Origin: an uncultured Gammaproteobacteria bacterium
GTDB taxonomy: Bacteria > Patescibacteriota > Microgenomatia > Daviesbacterales > UBA10151
NCBI GenBank assembly: GCA_964360965.1
Contig: CAYHYM010000002.1
Location: forward strand, 72,422-82,321
Length of the DNA: 9,900 nucleotides
Reading direction: 5' to 3'
In this document: piece by piece, positions 7,029-9,900 of the stretch
How the letters are laid out: each line of letters starts with the position of its first letter
How positions within the stretch are numbered: position 1 is the first letter of the stretch
The notes under the pieces: model-generated
What the model was told of the DNA's origin: nothing
Seen by the model: only the letters and a program-made list of their open reading frames with translations
The model's database searches: none
Position numbers and translations under genes: made by a program

Positions 7029-7065
7029 AAGCAGGGCTTGTGCAGACGGAGAGCCCTGCTTTTTT
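7029..7065 (+). terminator. Intrinsic-terminator-like hairpin with no upstream gene
   Basis: Stem GCAGGGCT (7031-7038) pairs with AGCCCTGC (7052-7059). It has a 13-nt loop tgtgcagacggag and is followed by T6 (7060-7065). Flanking A:T pairs can extend the stem. Confidence 0.6.
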
Positions 7066-7109
7066 GAGCGGTTAGCGAAGGATCTAGATAATGAATTTCG
7101 TTTTCCCTC

Positions 7110-7139
7110 TTGACATATTATTATTATAGTGGGTATGCT
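7110..7139 (+). promoter_or_regulatory. Candidate promoter P2 of the giant ORF (CCTCTTGACA - 18 nt - TATGCT)
   Basis: TTGACA at 7110-7115, an 18-nt spacer, TATGCT at 7134-7139. The predicted start near 7146 gives a ~33-nt 5'UTR containing AAGGTG (7160-7165). Confidence 0.4.
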
Positions 7140-7178
7140 AAATCTAGGCAGACGGACTCAAGGTGCATACCAAAACCT

Positions 7179-9900
7179 ATGAAAAGACCGTCTGACCAAA
7201 ATACCCCTTTACTCAAAATTGGTGATGCTGCCAAAGCCTTAAAAGTCTCCATTGATACTTTAAGAAGATGGGAAAAGAAGGGGAAGATCTTATCTGTCAG
7301 AACTCCAGGTGGCACCAGACTGTTTGATGTATCTGAGCTTCAGCCCAAAAATTTAGCTCAAACTGTATCAATTTCCCAAGCTGCTCAAAAATTGGGGGTT
7401 TCTATTAAAACCCTAAGAAGATGGGACCAAACTGGTAAACTCCAAGCCACAAGAACTGATAAAGGTGAGAGAAGCTACAAATTAGGGGATATAGAAAGAG
7501 TGACCCAATCAGTCATTCTGGAGGGAGGTGCTAACCAACCAAGAGAATCTAGAGACTCTCTTCTGTCACTCCAGAATGACAGGTTAATTCCTTCTTTTCT
7601 TCCCAAAGCTCTTTTGACTGGATTGATCTCCACCATTCTGATTACTGGTATTATCACAGCTGGTTATTTAAAAGCTCCACAGCAAACTAAAAGTTTTCTG
7701 GCAGCTTCTTCCATTGTTAGCAAACAGCAAAGCCAAGTGCTAGGAGTTGACTCAGATGTAAAAGGGTTATTGCAGCAGTCCGCATCAGTGCTACTGCTCC
7801 CGTTTGATACCCTATCAAAACGGATCATTTCATCTGTTTCCCCGGGTAAACTTAAGGAATTAGGTTTTGCCCCGGAAGACTCTAACTCTAAGATAAACGC
7901 CAAAATAGACCAGCTTAAAAAAGATTTATCTGACAAAGTATCACAAGTTGACCTTAACACCAAATTATCAACTGTCAATTCTCAACTATCAACTGTGGAT
8001 ACCACCATGTCAAGCTTAATCATTAACTCCTCTTTTGAGGCCAACTCCTCCGGACAACCATTATCCTGGTTGTACCTTAATCAATCCACCAAAGATAACA
8101 CTTTTGTCAATAATGCCTCAGTTCGAACCGGTAACCTGGCTTTAAGAATAGAGCCTAAGGGAGGCGCTACCAGTTTTGGCATCTATAATCCATCTGCCAA
8201 AACCTCTTTTGGCAGAAGCTACACCTTATCTTCATATATTAATAACCAATCATCCCAAAAAATCAATGTCAAACTAACCTTTTGGGACAGAGTCAACAAT
8301 AAAAAAGCGCAAACACACGATCAATCAATCCCTGCCCAATCAGGCTGGCAAAAAGTCTCCTACACCATAGATAATAGCCAAACCACCCAGGGCATTGACT
8401 GGTACCCCATGATTGAGGTTGAGGCTTCATCAGGTGATGTTTATATTGATGATGTGGCTCTTACCGAGGGCGCAGCCACTTTTGTCTATCATCCTTTAAA
8501 TCAATATCTTGGGGATGGCACAGTCTATGCTGATTTTAATGCCAACCTCTATCCTCTCTCTCATCGGGGTGGCTCTTTGGGGATGGATAACCAGAGATTT
8601 GGTTCCCTGTACCTGACCGGTGGATCAATTGACTCATCAGGCAATACCAACTTATCAGGCAACTTGACCATATCAGGCTCTATCACCATCAACTCACCCA
8701 CCAAATTCTCAGACGGCACTGTCTCTGAACCCGGCATTGCCTTCTCATCTGACAGTGATACCGGCATTTACAAATCAGGGGCCAATATCTTAGATTTTAC
8801 CAGCGGCGGGGTGAGAACTTTAACTCTGGCCACAGCCACAACTGGAGTCAACTATATCAGTATGACTCCTGCAGCCTCAGGCTCCGGACCAACTATCGCC
8901 TCAGCCGGCTCTGACACCAACATTCCTTTAACCATTAACTCCCTTTTGACCGGAGCATTAACTTTGGATTCCACTTCCACCGGGACAGTGAACCTGGGAA
9001 CAGGAAATAGCGCCAAGACAGTCAATATCGGTACTGGCTCAGTAGCCAATACCATCACTATTGGTTCATCCTCTGCCACCACCACTGTTAATAGTGACCT
9101 GACAGTGACCAGAGTAGGCACTTTTACCAGAGTGCCCAGTGGAGCCCACACCGGCACCTGGGCGATTGATTCCAGTACTTGGAATGTTTCAGGGGCCACT
9201 CTCTATATTAACCCTGCCAGCGCTGGTAGTGATACTAATTTGATAGGCTTGGCAGTAGCTGGTGGAGTCAAATTTGCTGTTGATGCTGAAGGTGATGTTT
9301 ATGGTAGAAATTTAATACTGACTGGTACCACTACCACCAGTACCACTTCTGTGACTGGTGATCTCACTGTTGAAGGTAACACTACCTTGGGTGACTCAAC
9401 AACTTCTGACACCCTAACAGGTAATCTATTAACCTCAGCCATTACCTCAGGAGCCACTACCCAGACTGCTTTTGCCATCACTGCTGCCTCTTTAACTACA
9501 GGTGAACTACTTGATTTAACCTCTACCTCTGCCCCCACAGATGGATCTACTAATGAAGGAATAGATATAAACATCACCCATACAAATACCACCTCTGCTG
9601 ATAATTTCAGGAGCATAGATTTAGATACCTCTGATGGCACAGCTTTGGGTAATACCATATATAACTATGATGGGACCTTAACCTTAACCGGTAATGCTGC
9701 CAAGGTGGGTTATGGACTGTATCAGACCATCACCTCCAACTCCACCACCGCTGATACCATCTATTCCATCTACGGGGCCAATTCTGTGACCGGTGCCATA
9801 GCCTCTGGTACCAGATCAACCTATGGACTGTATTCTAATCCTGCACAGAGTGGGGCCAACTCTGGTGGCACAGCCAACCTCTATGGAGCATACATTAACC
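7179..9900 (+). CDS. Giant membrane-anchored protein, N-terminal >907 aa (partial, runs off the right edge): 2x MerR-type HTH + TM + CBM-like + tail-fibre-like Thr/Gly/Ser-rich repeats
   Basis: A hand translation from ATG 7179 shows no in-frame stop through 9899, and an in-frame TGA lies upstream at 7092. It is not in the track because it has no stop in the window. The six minus-strand track ORFs here have low-complexity, shadow-like sequences. Coherent domain-like sequence runs throughout (see the sub-features). Confidence 0.9.
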   Translation, partial: MKRPSDQNTPLLKIGDAAKALKVSIDTLRRWEKKGKILSVRTPGGTRLFDVSELQPKNLAQTVSISQAAQKLGVSIKTLRRWDQTGKLQATRTDKGERSYKLGDIERVTQSVILEGGANQPRESRDSLLSLQNDRLIPSFLPKALLTGLISTILITGIITAGYLKAPQQTKSFLAASSIVSKQQSQVLGVDSDVKGLLQQSASVLLLPFDTLSKRIISSVSPGKLKELGFAPEDSNSKINAKIDQLKKDLSDKVSQVDLNTKLSTVNSQLSTVDTTMSSLIINSSFEANSSGQPLSWLYLNQSTKDNTFVNNASVRTGNLALRIEPKGGATSFGIYNPSAKTSFGRSYTLSSYINNQSSQKINVKLTFWDRVNNKKAQTHDQSIPAQSGWQKVSYTIDNSQTTQGIDWYPMIEVEASSGDVYIDDVALTEGAATFVYHPLNQYLGDGTVYADFNANLYPLSHRGGSLGMDNQRFGSLYLTGGSIDSSGNTNLSGNLTISGSITINSPTKFSDGTVSEPGIAFSSDSDTGIYKSGANILDFTSGGVRTLTLATATTGVNYISMTPAASGSGPTIASAGSDTNIPLTINSLLTGALTLDSTSTGTVNLGTGNSAKTVNIGTGSVANTITIGSSSATTTVNSDLTVTRVGTFTRVPSGAHTGTWAIDSSTWNVSGATLYINPASAGSDTNLIGLAVAGGVKFAVDAEGDVYGRNLILTGTTTTSTTSVTGDLTVEGNTTLGDSTTSDTLTGNLLTSAITSGATTQTAFAITAASLTTGELLDLTSTSAPTDGSTNEGIDINITHTNTTSADNFRSIDLDTSDGTALGNTIYNYDGTLTLTGNAAKVGYGLYQTITSNSTTADTIYSIYGANSVTGAIASGTRSTYGLYSNPAQSGANSGGTANLYGAYIN
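7209..7499 (+). other. Two tandem MerR-type winged-HTH units (aa 11-52 and 62-107 of the giant ORF)
   Basis: LLKIGDAAKALKVSIDTLRRWEKKGKILSVRTPGGTRLFDVSEL and VSISQAAQKLGVSIKTLRRWDQTGKLQATRTDKGERSYKLGDIERV. Both follow the MerR pattern I-x-x-A-A-x-x-x-G-V-S-x-x-T-L-R-x-W-(E/D)-x-x-G-x-(L/I)...R-x-x-x-G-x-R-x-(F/Y). Confidence 0.75.
7605..7667 (+). other. Single transmembrane helix (aa 143-163, KALLTGLISTILITGIITAGY)
   Basis: This is the only long hydrophobic stretch in the ORF and there is no N-terminal signal peptide. The implied topology is N-in (HTHs cytoplasmic) and C-out. Confidence 0.7.
8007..8474 (+). other. CBM4/9/22-like jelly-roll carbohydrate-binding-type domain (aa ~277-432)
   Basis: It begins ..LIINSSFEANSSGQPLSW.., has ..NASVRTGNLALRI.. 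in the middle and ends ..GDVYIDDVALTEG. These are the typical N- and C-terminal strands of this fold as I remember it, not searched. Confidence 0.5.
8565..8813 (+). other. Phage-tail-fibre-like conserved motif block (aa ~463-545)
   Basis: GGSLGMDNQRFGSLYLTGG followed by DGTVSEPGIAFSSDSDTGIYKSGANILDFTSGG. The second pattern (G-T/S-x-x-x-P-G/S-I-x-F-x-x-D-x-D-T-G-I-Y..G-x-N-x-L-x-F-x-x-x-G) is recalled from phage tail fibres and giant surface proteins. Confidence 0.45.

Noticed and set aside
7124-9658. Six minus-strand track ORFs (7124-7315, 7475-7657, 7664-7978, 8561-8767, 8852-9199, 9299-9658)
   Set aside because: All lie antisense to one uninterrupted plus-strand frame (7179 to the window end) that has clear domain content. 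Their translations are low-complexity Val/Pro/Glu/Ser strings typical of shadow frames opposite Thr/Gly-rich coding sequence.
1-9900. Alternative genetic code (UGA recoded, as in some candidate phyla), CRISPR arrays, tRNA/rRNA genes
   Set aside because: TGA terminates leuS and argS exactly at canonical overlapping or abutting junctions (ATGA; TGA-t-ATG), so code 11 fits. There is no array of regularly spaced 25-40-nt repeats, and no rRNA or tRNA signatures were seen on either strand.

Overview
The window is AT-rich and tightly packed. The style fits a small-genome Patescibacteria/CPR-like bacterium, but that is inference only. The standard genetic code fits, since TGA acts as a stop at overlapping gene junctions.

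(1) 1-6524 is one minus-strand polycistron with overlapping or abutting junctions: leuS, a small HExxH (SprT/DUF45-like) protein, comEA, a domain-minimal comEC, argS, then the start of a small membrane protein that runs off the left edge.

(2) 6525-7178 is an unusually busy 650-bp divergent intergenic region. It holds:
- a leuS promoter placed for a near-leaderless mRNA
- two 11-nt direct repeats
- a ~210-nt hairpin-dense island at 49% GC, next to a spacer at 15% GC
- phased TTTGAY repeats
- two near-identical promoter cores
- an orphan intrinsic-terminator hairpin
- a 12-codon uORF

(3) 7179-9900 is a plus-strand ORF missing from the supplied track because it is open-ended. It is more than 907 aa with no stop in frame. 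Its order is two tandem MerR-type HTH domains, one TM helix, a CBM-like jelly-roll, a phage-tail-fibre-like motif block, then Thr/Gly/Ser-rich repeats. The six minus-strand track ORFs in 7124-9658 are its antisense shadows.

Most interesting:
- the membrane-tethered double-HTH/giant fibre chimera
- a GC-rich 26-codon in-frame insertion in leuS, with a ~30-nt inverted relative in the intergenic GC island
- the GC island itself, as a candidate structured RNA

All domain calls come from motif recognition by eye. No searches were run.
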